DNA from: an archaeon
GTDB taxonomy: Archaea > Nanobdellota > Nanobdellia > Pacearchaeales > GW2011-AR1
Direction of reading: 5' to 3'
Assembly: GCA_030636025.1 (NCBI GenBank)
Contig: DAOVXQ010000001.1
Span: 96,809 to 160,808 of the forward strand
Length of the DNA stretch: 64,000 nucleotides
This document shows, piece after piece, positions 36,401 through 44,522 of the stretch. Positions within the stretch are counted from its first letter, which is position 1. Each line of letters starts with the position of its first letter. The position numbers and the translations under genes are program-made. The notes under the pieces are model-generated. The model made no database searches. It was not told where the DNA came from and worked only from the letters and a program-made list of their open reading frames with translations.

Positions 36401-37348
36401 AATATTCTCTCTATTTCCACAACTATCAAACCAATAAACCTCGTCTTTTCCTAAAACACATCCAGTATAATTCTGTTTTGTGCAAATAGTGTCTAATACA
36501 GAATTAGAACATAATTTTTGAGAATTAAAATTACCTCCTCTTGAATAACATTCAGAACCAGTTATAAATCTGCAATTCCCGTCATTAAAAACACAAGCAC
36601 CCTCTATCTCTGCCTCTACCAAAATCAAACACTCTTGTTCAGTTGTTATTTCAGGTTTAAACTCTTCTTCAACACCCAACATCTCTCCCCACCACTCACA
36701 ATTTTTTTCAGTAGTAAATTTAACACCACTACCTAAAACACAACACGATTTTTGGCACCTTGACGAAGTGCAGGAAACATCTCCCTCATCAAACTCTCCT
36801 GCCCCACATCCTTTTCTTTGCGAAATAGAACAAGTCCCTTCCTCACTATCATAACAACAACCAGACTTACAATTAAAATTATTATCACACGCAACAGGAA
36901 CAATATTTTCTCTATCGCAATTTTGTTCTATATCTGAAGCAGGATAATCCTGGCAAAGCACCCCATCACTCTCTTCGCAACAATGCACTGCAAAATCCTC
37001 TGGATTCAAATCTTGTGCAGAAACACTTCCCAACAAAGGCGTCTTCAACCTCTCAATAAACTTCTCAATCATTTTCTCAAAAAACGACTTCTGATTTTCT
37101 TCATACTCCAGAAAATTATTCACAATTTCATCTTGTTCTTCCCTTTGCTTCTCCAAACTCTTCTCAATTATCTGGTCCATAATTAAATCTTTTCTAAGGT
37201 TCTCAGAATTTTTCAAATCTCCCAAAACCTCCTCAATCGCATCAGACGAATCACTATAAATATAAGAAAATGCAAACATTGCCACCATCAAAATCAAAAT
37301 CTCTGAGTAACAAATCCCTGCATTTTTTGTCAAATATTTTTTCTCCAT
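33413..37348 (-). CDS. Giant (about 1311 aa) cysteine-rich envelope protein
   Basis: The domain order is an N-terminal hydrophobic anchor, a Cys-rich half, a Gly/Ala-rich multi-helix membrane region, a Cys knot, then Ig-like repeats. It equals ORFs 30837-32588 plus 27237-29402 fused. The start was set at MEKKYL (37348), 1 nt after the upstream stop; ATGs at 37360 and 37387 are alternatives. Confidence 0.65.
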   Translation of the reverse strand: MEKKYLTKNAGICYSEILILMVAMFAFSYIYSDSSDAIEEVLGDLKNSENLRKDLIMDQIIEKSLEKQREEQDEIVNNFLEYEENQKSFFEKMIEKFIERLKTPLLGSVSAQDLNPEDFAVHCCEESDGVLCQDYPASDIEQNCDRENIVPVACDNNFNCKSGCCYDSEEGTCSISQRKGCGAGEFDEGDVSCTSSRCQKSCCVLGSGVKFTTEKNCEWWGEMLGVEEEFKPEITTEQECLILVEAEIEGACVFNDGNCRFITGSECYSRGGNFNSQKLCSNSVLDTICTKQNYTGCVLGKDEVYWFDSCGNRENIYSSDLDESWNNGMVLSKGESCGVDSEDANANSEDCGNCLRYAGSICSEESGEAVCKDLNCPDVLIDGQEVTKRNGESWCVYDGAVGVDFDSANPFSRDTVGSRHWKFYCEDGEVKSNPCLDYRNQVCIQGDQELDNGEIFSSANCIANPWQNCLVYNTQGETASEHAEALEECDENPFCYVKSTYIDTKFYFNTCTPKYPPGFDFGNVAEQGSGQTNENICSMATQSCQIIKVKRIGKDKKINTHCSNANAVKLMNEWCVSLGDCGAYVNYEGDFSTEGFAVNNFNLGELLRIWGNPAFFSQMENAYVRNAEPIAGEKIESMDVVDYLVKKGYLSSALGISEDDFGDGGKVAGAMGKIGMGVYGLAVVGGALAASAGTLGGFIVALEGVATAGVVAAAGSNLGVVIAGIVNAGLAVGIAVGLTTIIGMLLGFSADVMWASMGFAIVGAVVLVIFTKLGFLAGGLIGAAIGVAIGALLKFGFGIGDVSKKSVHFQCLPWKPEFGAENCDLCNQGEMDNEGDLLQQCSEYRCKSLGLACEFVNENSDNPLCVPMQDDGLIPIISFGEISNDFEFREQTYGAGISDSGECIPENTAFSMRIKTENKPTICRYSFEDVGFDEMGSSYFGSSLLLYNHTLNFMAPSVASLVNQYPIPTETIIEKYGDLRLYVKCKGAYGLESSPQYIIQMCVKKGRDRDAPYVKQAFPLSGGYVKKGVEEKELKIWMNEPAYCRWGLDEFTEYDDMRDDVVHQMDCETSIESALVCNTTLTGLEKGENKFYIKCKDNPWYFPENESLRNAMESPFEYVLNVAEFDLKIDSLKVKDSESYGNEFFTGNDFMVIDLEVETSGGVDNGESVCSYEAYGNLIPFEFTSNAFLDVWTNRHRQTGFSLYEGEHNLSVKCTDIAGNIAEDSVSFTISVDNTGPIITRMYYDAGSLKIMTSEDGKCEYSEDNEEWEEMIGLGKEHTIYWDVDKTYYIKCEDGLGNPGGKRVVQTLRDL

Positions 37349-37349
37349 T

Positions 37350-38204
37350 TTAAATCCCATGTTTCGGCGCAAAATTCCTAATCGCAAACTGAAACTTTAA
37401 TTGAGTAATTTTATCTTTAATTATATAAATTCTAGTATCATCCTTGGTTTCATCAAATTCATCGTCGTCTCTTTGTTTCATTGTAATTTCATATCCCGGA
37501 TAAAAAATATTATATCCTTGTGTCTGAAACCCTCCAAATCTAATCTCTTGATTAACAATCTCCCTCGCAATATCTGCCAGATTATAAATTGGATGATTCA
37601 AACTAAATTTAAATTTCTTAAACTCTTCCGACTCTTTCTTACTCATTTTAAAATCCTTTTCAATATTAATAAAAATTTTACTGCTAATCAAATTAACTTC
37701 CAATTCTTTACCTGTTTCCATCACAACCTCGTAATTCTTTTTTTCCAAACCAAGTTTCAAACCATCAAAACAACTATCTACTTTTCTATCTATATAATTT
37801 TCAATTTCTTCTTCAAGATGTTTAATTAATATTGGCTCTTGATTTACACATGGCTGAAGATAATTCCTATTGTAACATAAATAACTAATTTTTTCATCTT
37901 TGTAAGTTTTAAAATTTGTTGGTTCTAAATACCCGCCTTGCTTCATTAAAAGTTCAACAGCTTCTTCAACCCTCTCTTTAACGCAACTTTCAATATACTG
38001 TTGAGGATTTTCCTCGTCGGCAACAGAAACTTTAATTCCAGCCCCCCTAAAAACTACAAAAAGAATTGCAATAATCACAACTAACAATAAACCTAAGATT
38101 ATAAAGATCGTTACTTGCGAGGTTTTTGACTTTGAACAAATGTTATTTTTAAAAACAAAGTCAAGGCGCGAGTTTGCTTTCTTGTTTTGCCCTCGACGAT
38201 TCAT
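37350..38204 (-). CDS. Type IV pilin-like protein with long conserved pre-sequence (module A partner)
   Basis: NKKANSRLDFVFKNNICSKSKTSQ-VTIFIILGLLLVVIIAILFVVF. Confidence 0.6.
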   Translation of the reverse strand: MNRRGQNKKANSRLDFVFKNNICSKSKTSQVTIFIILGLLLVVIIAILFVVFRGAGIKVSVADEENPQQYIESCVKERVEEAVELLMKQGGYLEPTNFKTYKDEKISYLCYNRNYLQPCVNQEPILIKHLEEEIENYIDRKVDSCFDGLKLGLEKKNYEVVMETGKELEVNLISSKIFINIEKDFKMSKKESEEFKKFKFSLNHPIYNLADIAREIVNQEIRFGGFQTQGYNIFYPGYEITMKQRDDDEFDETKDDTRIYIIKDKITQLKFQFAIRNFAPKHGI

Positions 38205-38344
38205 TTTATTTCCCTCTCTTTTTTTAATAATTCAATTGCTTTTTCAATTATGTGAGATTTATTTCTGTAATCCCCATCCTTTAATAAAGAATTTAAAATC
38301 CTTTCTGTTTCTTTGCTTATTGTTGCAGATATTCTTAATTTCAT
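38201..38344 (-). CDS. Ribbon-helix-helix (CopG/Arc-like) protein, 47 aa, not in ORF track
   Basis: My translation is MKLRISATISKETERILNSLLKDGDYRNKSHIIEKAIELLKKEREIK. Its TGA overlaps the ATG of the next gene (ATGA). Confidence 0.6.
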   Translation of the reverse strand: MKLRISATISKETERILNSLLKDGDYRNKSHIIEKAIELLKKEREIK

Positions 38345-38471
38345 TTTTCAAAAGTATTATTTCATATTACAAAATAATTTTCTATATGATTAAATATTCT
38401 TTTATATTATTTAGTATTACCCTTATTTAAAGCTTATCATTTAGATAATTAATAGAAAATTAAATGGTTTT

Positions 38472-38843
38472 CTAATCAACAAATTCCAATTTTTTTGAAT
38501 TAAGCCCTCTTGTTAAAACTTTTCCAAATCGAGTTTGTAATTCATAACCTTGTAATACAAGATAATCATTGCTCTGATTTGAACCATAAAATCCTCGAAG
38601 AGTTTGTCCAACTAATGCAGGTATAGGCATATTTTTTTGGTCTTGCCACCAAATTTCTTTTTCTTGATTATCTAATTTAAGGCCCAAACAAGAACCATAT
38701 CCAGTAGACCTTGTTTCAGAAAAAACTATCTCCCCCATAATTTCATTTAACTTAACAAAACCTTTTTTATCAATTACTTCTTCCAAATAATCTCCTCTAG
38801 AAAAATTTCTTTTATTTCCTTGAACATATTTTGCAGGTTCCAT
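38472..38843 (-). CDS. Hypothetical protein coupled to PCNA
   Basis: The internal ATG (MEPAKYVQGNK) lies 1 nt after the PCNA stop. 123 aa. Confidence 0.45.
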   Translation of the reverse strand: MEPAKYVQGNKRNFSRGDYLEEVIDKKGFVKLNEIMGEIVFSETRSTGYGSCLGLKLDNQEKEIWWQDQKNMPIPALVGQTLRGFYGSNQSNDYLVLQGYELQTRFGKVLTRGLNSKKLEFVD

Positions 38844-38844
38844 T

Positions 38845-39576
38845 CTAATCTTCACTATCAACCCTCGGTGCAAGAATAAATCCCAACTCAATTAAGGGAG
38901 TATTAAAGTCAAGCCGAAGAGGATAATCATCTGAAAAATTAACAATAACTTTGTCTGTAATCTTTGTTGCCTTCATCATTTTTTGCAGATATTCCAGCGA
39001 ATATTTTGAGGTTGCTTCTTGTGCCTGAATATTTAATTCATCTGATGAAAACTGAGATTTAAATGAATTCAAAGAGCCCTTTGCCTGAATAATAAATTTG
39101 TCTGGCTCTGAAACAAATGCGCACGAATCAGCCACAACCGCGCAATCTTCAATCGCTGCAGAAAAATCCCCCGCAGACATTTCAATTTTCGCTACAAAAT
39201 CCAAACTCGGAATCTCTTTCTCCTCGCCGTCAACATCAATCAGCGAAAGATTAAACTCTCTTTTAATTCTATCAATAATCTCAAGCTTCAAAGAATTTTC
39301 TTCTTTAGTAATAATCAAAACACTTCCAGCACCGCACCGCCTTAAAACCGCCTTCAAACTTTCCAGACTGACTCCCAAAACTTCATTGCCCTCAACTTCA
39401 AATTCAGAAAAAGCACTCGACGGCAATTTAAACGAAATCATCGCCACATTCGCAGGGTCAACAGCAACAATACTCATTCCCTCCCTATCTACTTTTATCC
39501 TTACTTCCAAAACTAACTCAGAAATTATCCCAATAACATCTGAAAACAACTTTGGATGTTCTAATTTCAATAACAT
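38845..39576 (-). CDS. pcn: DNA sliding clamp PCNA
   Basis: 243 aa with the typical two-domain PCNA pattern (LVLEVRIKVDREGMSIVAVDPANVAMISFKLPSSAF...). Confidence 0.9.
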   Translation of the reverse strand: MLLKLEHPKLFSDVIGIISELVLEVRIKVDREGMSIVAVDPANVAMISFKLPSSAFSEFEVEGNEVLGVSLESLKAVLRRCGAGSVLIITKEENSLKLEIIDRIKREFNLSLIDVDGEEKEIPSLDFVAKIEMSAGDFSAAIEDCAVVADSCAFVSEPDKFIIQAKGSLNSFKSQFSSDELNIQAQEATSKYSLEYLQKMMKATKITDKVIVNFSDDYPLRLDFNTPLIELGFILAPRVDSED

Positions 39577-39660
39577 TCTAATAATATACCAGAACGACTT
39601 TTAAAGATTATTATAATTGAGGATAAGATAGTATATAAAATTTAAATTACATTATATTTT

Positions 39661-41205
39661 ATGCCTCCTTCAATAAATGAGAAAAGAATCAGAGAAATTA
39701 TTATTGTGTATTATTCAAGACAAGATGTTAGAAAAACAATGTTTGAATTTTCAAAAAACAGAGAATGTGTTCCGAGTTACATGATGAAAAGTTTTGGCAA
39801 ACGCCCAGATGCATTCCAATATGAATCAGATATTTTCGAACATGTTAAAAGAGGAGCAACCTCTTTCCATTGCTCAGAAGAAATCTGGAAAGACCCGCTG
39901 GAAATCTCAACAGAACTCTCTCAAAAAGAATTTGACGAACTAAGAATCGGCTGGGATTTGCTACTGGACATAGATTCACCTTATTTAGAATACAGCAAAA
40001 TTTATGCAGACCTATTAATCAAGACATTGAAATTTCACGGAATAAAAAATTTAGGTATAAAATTCAGCGGAAGCAAAGGTTTCCATATAATCATTCCCTG
40101 GAAAGCATTTCCAAAAGAAATTTACGGACAGCAGACAAAAGACATGTTCCCAGAATGGCCAAGATTAATCTGCGAATATTTAACAGATATTATCCAGCCA
40201 AAACTCGCAGACAAAATTTTTGAAGAGCAAAGTTTAAAAGACTTGGCTAAAAAAACAGGGCAAAAGGAAGAAGAACTTTTAATAACAGAATGCCTTGGAT
40301 GTAACCGCCCAGCTGTAAAAAAAGAATTAGTAGATTGGTTCTGTTCTTTTTGCAAAACAGAAATACAAAGAATAAGAAAAAAGAAAGGAATCCCAAAATG
40401 CCCAAATGAAAATTGCAGAAAAGATTTAATCGAAAAATCCTCAAAAGAAATTTATTCCTGCGAATTTTGTAATATAAACTCTGAAAAAAATTCAGAAATG
40501 TTTGCAAAAACAAGAGAAAAAACAGAAAAATTAATTGAAGCAGATTTAATTTTAGTTTCCCCCAGGCATTTATTTAGAATGCCTTATTCCCTCCACGAAA
40601 AAACTGCCTTGGCATCAATTGTTTTAAACCAAGACAAAATTTTAGAATTTCAGATTCAAGATGCAAAACCATTTAAAGCAGAAATCAAAAACTTTTATCC
40701 AGATGCAGTTGAAAACGAAGCAAAAGAATTATTGCTTCAAACTTTAGATTGGAAAGAACAAAAAAACAAGCAAGAAACTCATAAAAGACGAATTAAAAAT
40801 GAAATCGCCCCGAAAATTCAAAGCAAAGACTTCAAACAAATCCAAATCCAAAACCCGTCAGAAGATTTATTCCCTCCCTGCATAAAAATTTTACTAAAAG
40901 GGGTTAAACAAGACGGAAGAAAAAGAGCACTTTTTTTACTAATCAATTTTTTTAAATCATTAGGAATCTCAATTAATGAAATAGAAAAAAAAATAACAGA
41001 ATGGAATAAAAAAAATTACAACCCACTGAAACAAGGTTATATTCAGTCTCAATTAACCTGGTATCAGAAAAATCCAACACGACTTCCCCCAAACTGCGAC
41101 AAGCCAAATTACAGAGAACTCAACATCTGCAAACCAGACCAACTTTGCAGGCAAATAAAAAACCCTCTAAATTACGCAGTAAAAACATATTTCAGAAAAA
41201 AATAA
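39661..41205 (+). CDS. Fused DNA primase: PriS catalytic domain, zinc ribbons, and PriL C-terminal Fe-S-like domain
   Basis: The PriS motifs are WDLLLDIDSP (DxD) and KFSGSKGFHIIIPW. A CxxC cluster follows (CLGCN...CSFCK...CPNENC...CEFCN). The C-terminal part, FPPCIKILLKGVKQDGRKRALFLLINFFKSLG...PPNC...C...C, resembles PriL-CTD. Confidence 0.7.
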   Translation: MPPSINEKRIREIIIVYYSRQDVRKTMFEFSKNRECVPSYMMKSFGKRPDAFQYESDIFEHVKRGATSFHCSEEIWKDPLEISTELSQKEFDELRIGWDLLLDIDSPYLEYSKIYADLLIKTLKFHGIKNLGIKFSGSKGFHIIIPWKAFPKEIYGQQTKDMFPEWPRLICEYLTDIIQPKLADKIFEEQSLKDLAKKTGQKEEELLITECLGCNRPAVKKELVDWFCSFCKTEIQRIRKKKGIPKCPNENCRKDLIEKSSKEIYSCEFCNINSEKNSEMFAKTREKTEKLIEADLILVSPRHLFRMPYSLHEKTALASIVLNQDKILEFQIQDAKPFKAEIKNFYPDAVENEAKELLLQTLDWKEQKNKQETHKRRIKNEIAPKIQSKDFKQIQIQNPSEDLFPPCIKILLKGVKQDGRKRALFLLINFFKSLGISINEIEKKITEWNKKNYNPLKQGYIQSQLTWYQKNPTRLPPNCDKPNYRELNICKPDQLCRQIKNPLNYAVKTYFRKK

Positions 41206-41237
41206 AGTTTTAAATACCTCTATTAATTATAATCTTT

Positions 41238-43385
41238 ATGAAACAAAAAAGAGCAGTATTAGCAATAATTTTAATCCTGACATTCTCAATATTTTTAGTT
41301 AATGCAACAGAAGAAGAAGCATACGAATGTTTAAAAGATATTGTCGGAACTTCCTGCGAAAAAGCAACAACAACAGAAAAAGCAGGATTCAGCTTGCTCG
41401 CACTTTCTTATAATTCATCCTACCAAACAGTATGCAGAGATAAATTAATGGATTTAAAAAACTCTAATAAAGCTTGCTGGGGAGAAACCGCATCTGCAAC
41501 TTGTGATTTAAAATCAACAGCACTCGCAGTTTTAGCATTAGATTATATCGACAAAGATACGAATAATTACACTGACTGGTTAGAGGCCCAAAAACAAACT
41601 TCAACAGCATTGGATTGGTATTTAGAAATAGACCAGATAGGCGTGAGCGAAGAAATGAGGTGCGAGATTTACATGGACGATGCAAGCACATTTGATGTCT
41701 TCACAATTAATGCAGACAAAACAATAACAGGCACAGACACAACCTGCCTTGAAAAAGCAGTTGGAGACTATTTCCTGAAAATAGACAAAAACTGCTACGA
41801 AAAAATTTACTCAATTTATTGCGATAAAAATTTCTTAACAACCTTAATATACACAAAACAAGGAGAAAACACTTTTTACCTTTCAAGTAAAACTAATAAG
41901 GCAGATGCAGGAGAAGGAACAGAAGAGCAGATAAATTCAGTCTGCCTTGGAGATTCTGAATGCGATTACGAGGGAAGTTTATGGGCTGCATTTGCATTAA
42001 GAATAACAGGCAACGACATAGAAGATTTACTGCCTTACTTAAACGCAGAAAAAACCAATAATCTTGCAATACTCCCTTCAGCATTATTATATAGAATAAC
42101 TGCCCATTCAGAGTTTTTAGATGACTTGCTCAAAAAACCAACACCATTTAAAAAAATAGGTTCTTTAAGAGACCCAAAAGCTTACTGGCTGGCGTCATCA
42201 GCAAACAATGAATTTTACGACACTGCACTCGCACTTTTAGGATTGCAAAGAAGAAGTGTGGACGAGAAAGATTATGCAAAAACATATTTATTAGCTGAAC
42301 AAGATGATTCCGGATGCTGGAATAGCGACAATCTAAGAGACACCGCATTTATCTTATACTCTGCATGGCCAAGATTGCCTTCTGAAGGAGATGACGACGA
42401 AGAACCACCAACTTGCTCAGACCATTCTGATTGCTCAGAAGTAGGAAGTTTTTGTGATGGAGATACTCCTTACAATTGCACATTAGGTTCTGATGGATGT
42501 TTAGATAGGATTAGTGCAAATGAATGCACAGGTGATTTTTATTGCGACAATGGAATTTGCATAGACGATATTACTGAATGCGAGAATGAGTGTGATACTA
42601 TTGGTGTCCTGAAATGTTTTGGTAAAAATTTAAAAACTTGCGGAAATTATGACGACGACGATTGTTTAGAATGGGGGAATTCAACTACTTGCGAGGATAT
42701 TTGCGAGGGCGGAGAATGTGTGGAGGGAGATGACGATGATGGCTCTGGAGGAGAAGGAGAAACAGACACTCGTTCAGATTGTGTAGATTCTGGCAATTAT
42801 TGTGTCTTAATGGGGCAATGTGATTCTGGAAATACATTAAGCAAAACAGATTACAAATGTTATTGGGAAGATTTAGGTGATGTATGTTGTAAAACTAAAT
42901 ATCTCGAAGAGGATACTGATGACGACGATGACGACACAGATGATGACGATGAAGAAGAAACAGAATGCGAAGGAGATTATGAGTATAATTGCAGAGTTTC
43001 TTGTGATGATGATGAAGTAGAAAAATCATATGATTGCGATTATGGGGACAAATGCTGTGCACCTAAATCAATAACAGAGAAAAGCAACTGGCTGTTGATT
43101 ATTTTATTAGTTGCCTTAATAATTCTTACAATCCTTGCAATCGTCTTTAGGAATCAGTTAAAGATTTGGTTATTTAGAATTAAGAGCAAATTTAAATTTG
43201 GGAAAGGCCCGAGCCAGACAAAAAGGCCTCCAATGCCTCCGCCAGGTTTTAGTCCAAGACCATTAAGACCAAGACAAATCATTCCAAGAGGGGCTCGTCC
43301 AGTAAGAAGAAGGCCTGCACCAAAAGTTTCAAAAGATACTGCATTTGACGAGACAATGAAAAAATTAAGAGATATGACTAAATAA
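41238..43385 (+). CDS. Surface protein with four parts: alpha/alpha-repeat domain, Cys/Asp-rich domain, TM, and Pro/Arg-rich cytoplasmic tail
   Basis: It has a signal peptide. Repeated motifs (GFSLLALSYN, STALAVLALDY, LWAAFALRITG, DTALALLGLQ, DTAFILYSAW) recall prenyltransferase/terpene-cyclase-type toroid repeats. Poly-Asp runs are present. The tail is KRPPMPPPGFSPRPLRPRQIIPRGARPVRRRPAPK. Confidence 0.55.
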   Translation: MKQKRAVLAIILILTFSIFLVNATEEEAYECLKDIVGTSCEKATTTEKAGFSLLALSYNSSYQTVCRDKLMDLKNSNKACWGETASATCDLKSTALAVLALDYIDKDTNNYTDWLEAQKQTSTALDWYLEIDQIGVSEEMRCEIYMDDASTFDVFTINADKTITGTDTTCLEKAVGDYFLKIDKNCYEKIYSIYCDKNFLTTLIYTKQGENTFYLSSKTNKADAGEGTEEQINSVCLGDSECDYEGSLWAAFALRITGNDIEDLLPYLNAEKTNNLAILPSALLYRITAHSEFLDDLLKKPTPFKKIGSLRDPKAYWLASSANNEFYDTALALLGLQRRSVDEKDYAKTYLLAEQDDSGCWNSDNLRDTAFILYSAWPRLPSEGDDDEEPPTCSDHSDCSEVGSFCDGDTPYNCTLGSDGCLDRISANECTGDFYCDNGICIDDITECENECDTIGVLKCFGKNLKTCGNYDDDDCLEWGNSTTCEDICEGGECVEGDDDDGSGGEGETDTRSDCVDSGNYCVLMGQCDSGNTLSKTDYKCYWEDLGDVCCKTKYLEEDTDDDDDDTDDDDEEETECEGDYEYNCRVSCDDDEVEKSYDCDYGDKCCAPKSITEKSNWLLIILLVALIILTILAIVFRNQLKIWLFRIKSKFKFGKGPSQTKRPPMPPPGFSPRPLRPRQIIPRGARPVRRRPAPKVSKDTAFDETMKKLRDMTK

Positions 43386-43406
43386 ATTAATTTTTATGTG
43401 GGTCAA

Positions 43407-43439
43407 ACTTCATCTTAGGTCTTATTGAGAAGATGAGGT
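43407..43439. terminator. Hairpin between convergent genes (10-bp stem with one G-U pair, 13-nt loop)
   Basis: 'acttcatctt' pairs with 'aagatgaggt'. It lies between the stops of 41238-43385 (+) and 43450-44412 (-). Confidence 0.3.
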
Positions 43440-43449
43440 GGTCGATTAA

Positions 43450-44412
43450 TTAAGGCATAAACAAAAACTTATGTTCTTTAAACCATAATAGATGATGATA
43501 TTTCTTTATATTCTTTCCAAAAATATTTCTTATTTCGTTTAATACTTTTCTGAAATCTTCATAGCTCTGAACCTCTAATTCTACCTCAATATCATTATCA
43601 CTAATTGTTTCATAAGCATAGATAATATTTGGGTGATTATGAAAATAATTTAACATTTTTGGTTTGATATTTAAATTACTTAATTGCATTTCTATTTTAT
43701 ACCAATAATATCCTATTTTCTCTAAATCAATCATAACTCTAAAGTCTTTAATAATTCCTTTTTCAACCATTTTTTTAATTCTATAATTAATATTTGTAAC
43801 ACTAATCTTAGTTTTATTTGAAATTTCTACAGAACTCCTTCTTGAATTTGGAGCAATTAATCTTAATATTTGGATATCTTTATTGTCAAAATCTGCTTTT
43901 TCTGGAAAGAACATTACTTTTATTTCAGGAATAGGCTTTTTTTTATCATTTAAAAGATAGGTTCTTTTGTAAATATAAAATTTATAGTAGATTGATATAT
44001 CCAAATCATAAATATATTTTCCAAATCTTTTTGTCAAATCTTCTTTAATTTCATAAAATTCATACATATCTTTCACCCAACAAGCTATTCCCAAATCTCT
44101 AAATCCATCGATACTATCAACCCACCAAAATTTAGGATGTTTTTTGTAATATTCAATTATTTTGTTTTCTTGTTCAGGAGAATCTTTTTGAAATTTTATA
44201 AAAAATCTACAATTAAGATAACCTAATTTACTTATATCAATTAATGTCTGATAACCTTTAATTATCCCTTTCTTTTCTAATTGTTTAATTCTATATTGCA
44301 CAACTTCTCTACTCAAACCTACCTTTCTAGCAATTTGATTAAAACTCTGCCTACTATTTAGATCTAATTGATACAATATTTTCCTATCTTTCTTATTTAA
44401 TTTATATGCCAT
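43450..44412 (-). CDS. Tandem-duplicated Lrp/AsnC-family transcriptional regulator
   Basis: Two HTH-plus-effector-domain units: DRKILYQLDLNSRQSFNQIARKVGLSREVVQYRIKQLEKKGIIKGY, and a second DIQILRLIAPNSRRSSVEISNKTKISVTNINYRIKKMVEKGIIKDF. Confidence 0.75.
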   Translation of the reverse strand: MAYKLNKKDRKILYQLDLNSRQSFNQIARKVGLSREVVQYRIKQLEKKGIIKGYQTLIDISKLGYLNCRFFIKFQKDSPEQENKIIEYYKKHPKFWWVDSIDGFRDLGIACWVKDMYEFYEIKEDLTKRFGKYIYDLDISIYYKFYIYKRTYLLNDKKKPIPEIKVMFFPEKADFDNKDIQILRLIAPNSRRSSVEISNKTKISVTNINYRIKKMVEKGIIKDFRVMIDLEKIGYYWYKIEMQLSNLNIKPKMLNYFHNHPNIIYAYETISDNDIEVELEVQSYEDFRKVLNEIRNIFGKNIKKYHHLLWFKEHKFLFMP

Positions 44413-44522
44413 ATTTTTACTAATTTATTATTATTTATAAATATTTTGGTTATAATGTAAAAAATATAATGAAAGATTTTATATATTTTCTATTAACTAT
44501 TATTTTCAAGTAAATAATTAAA

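Noticed and set aside
38140-38430. 96-aa plus-strand ORF
   Set aside because: It is antisense to the RHH gene and to the 5' end of the pilin-like gene. The minus-strand reading gives a clean RHH fold and an ATGA coupling.
39098-39604. 168-aa plus-strand ORF overlapping PCNA
   Set aside because: It is an antisense shadow of PCNA, with serine-rich low-complexity translation.
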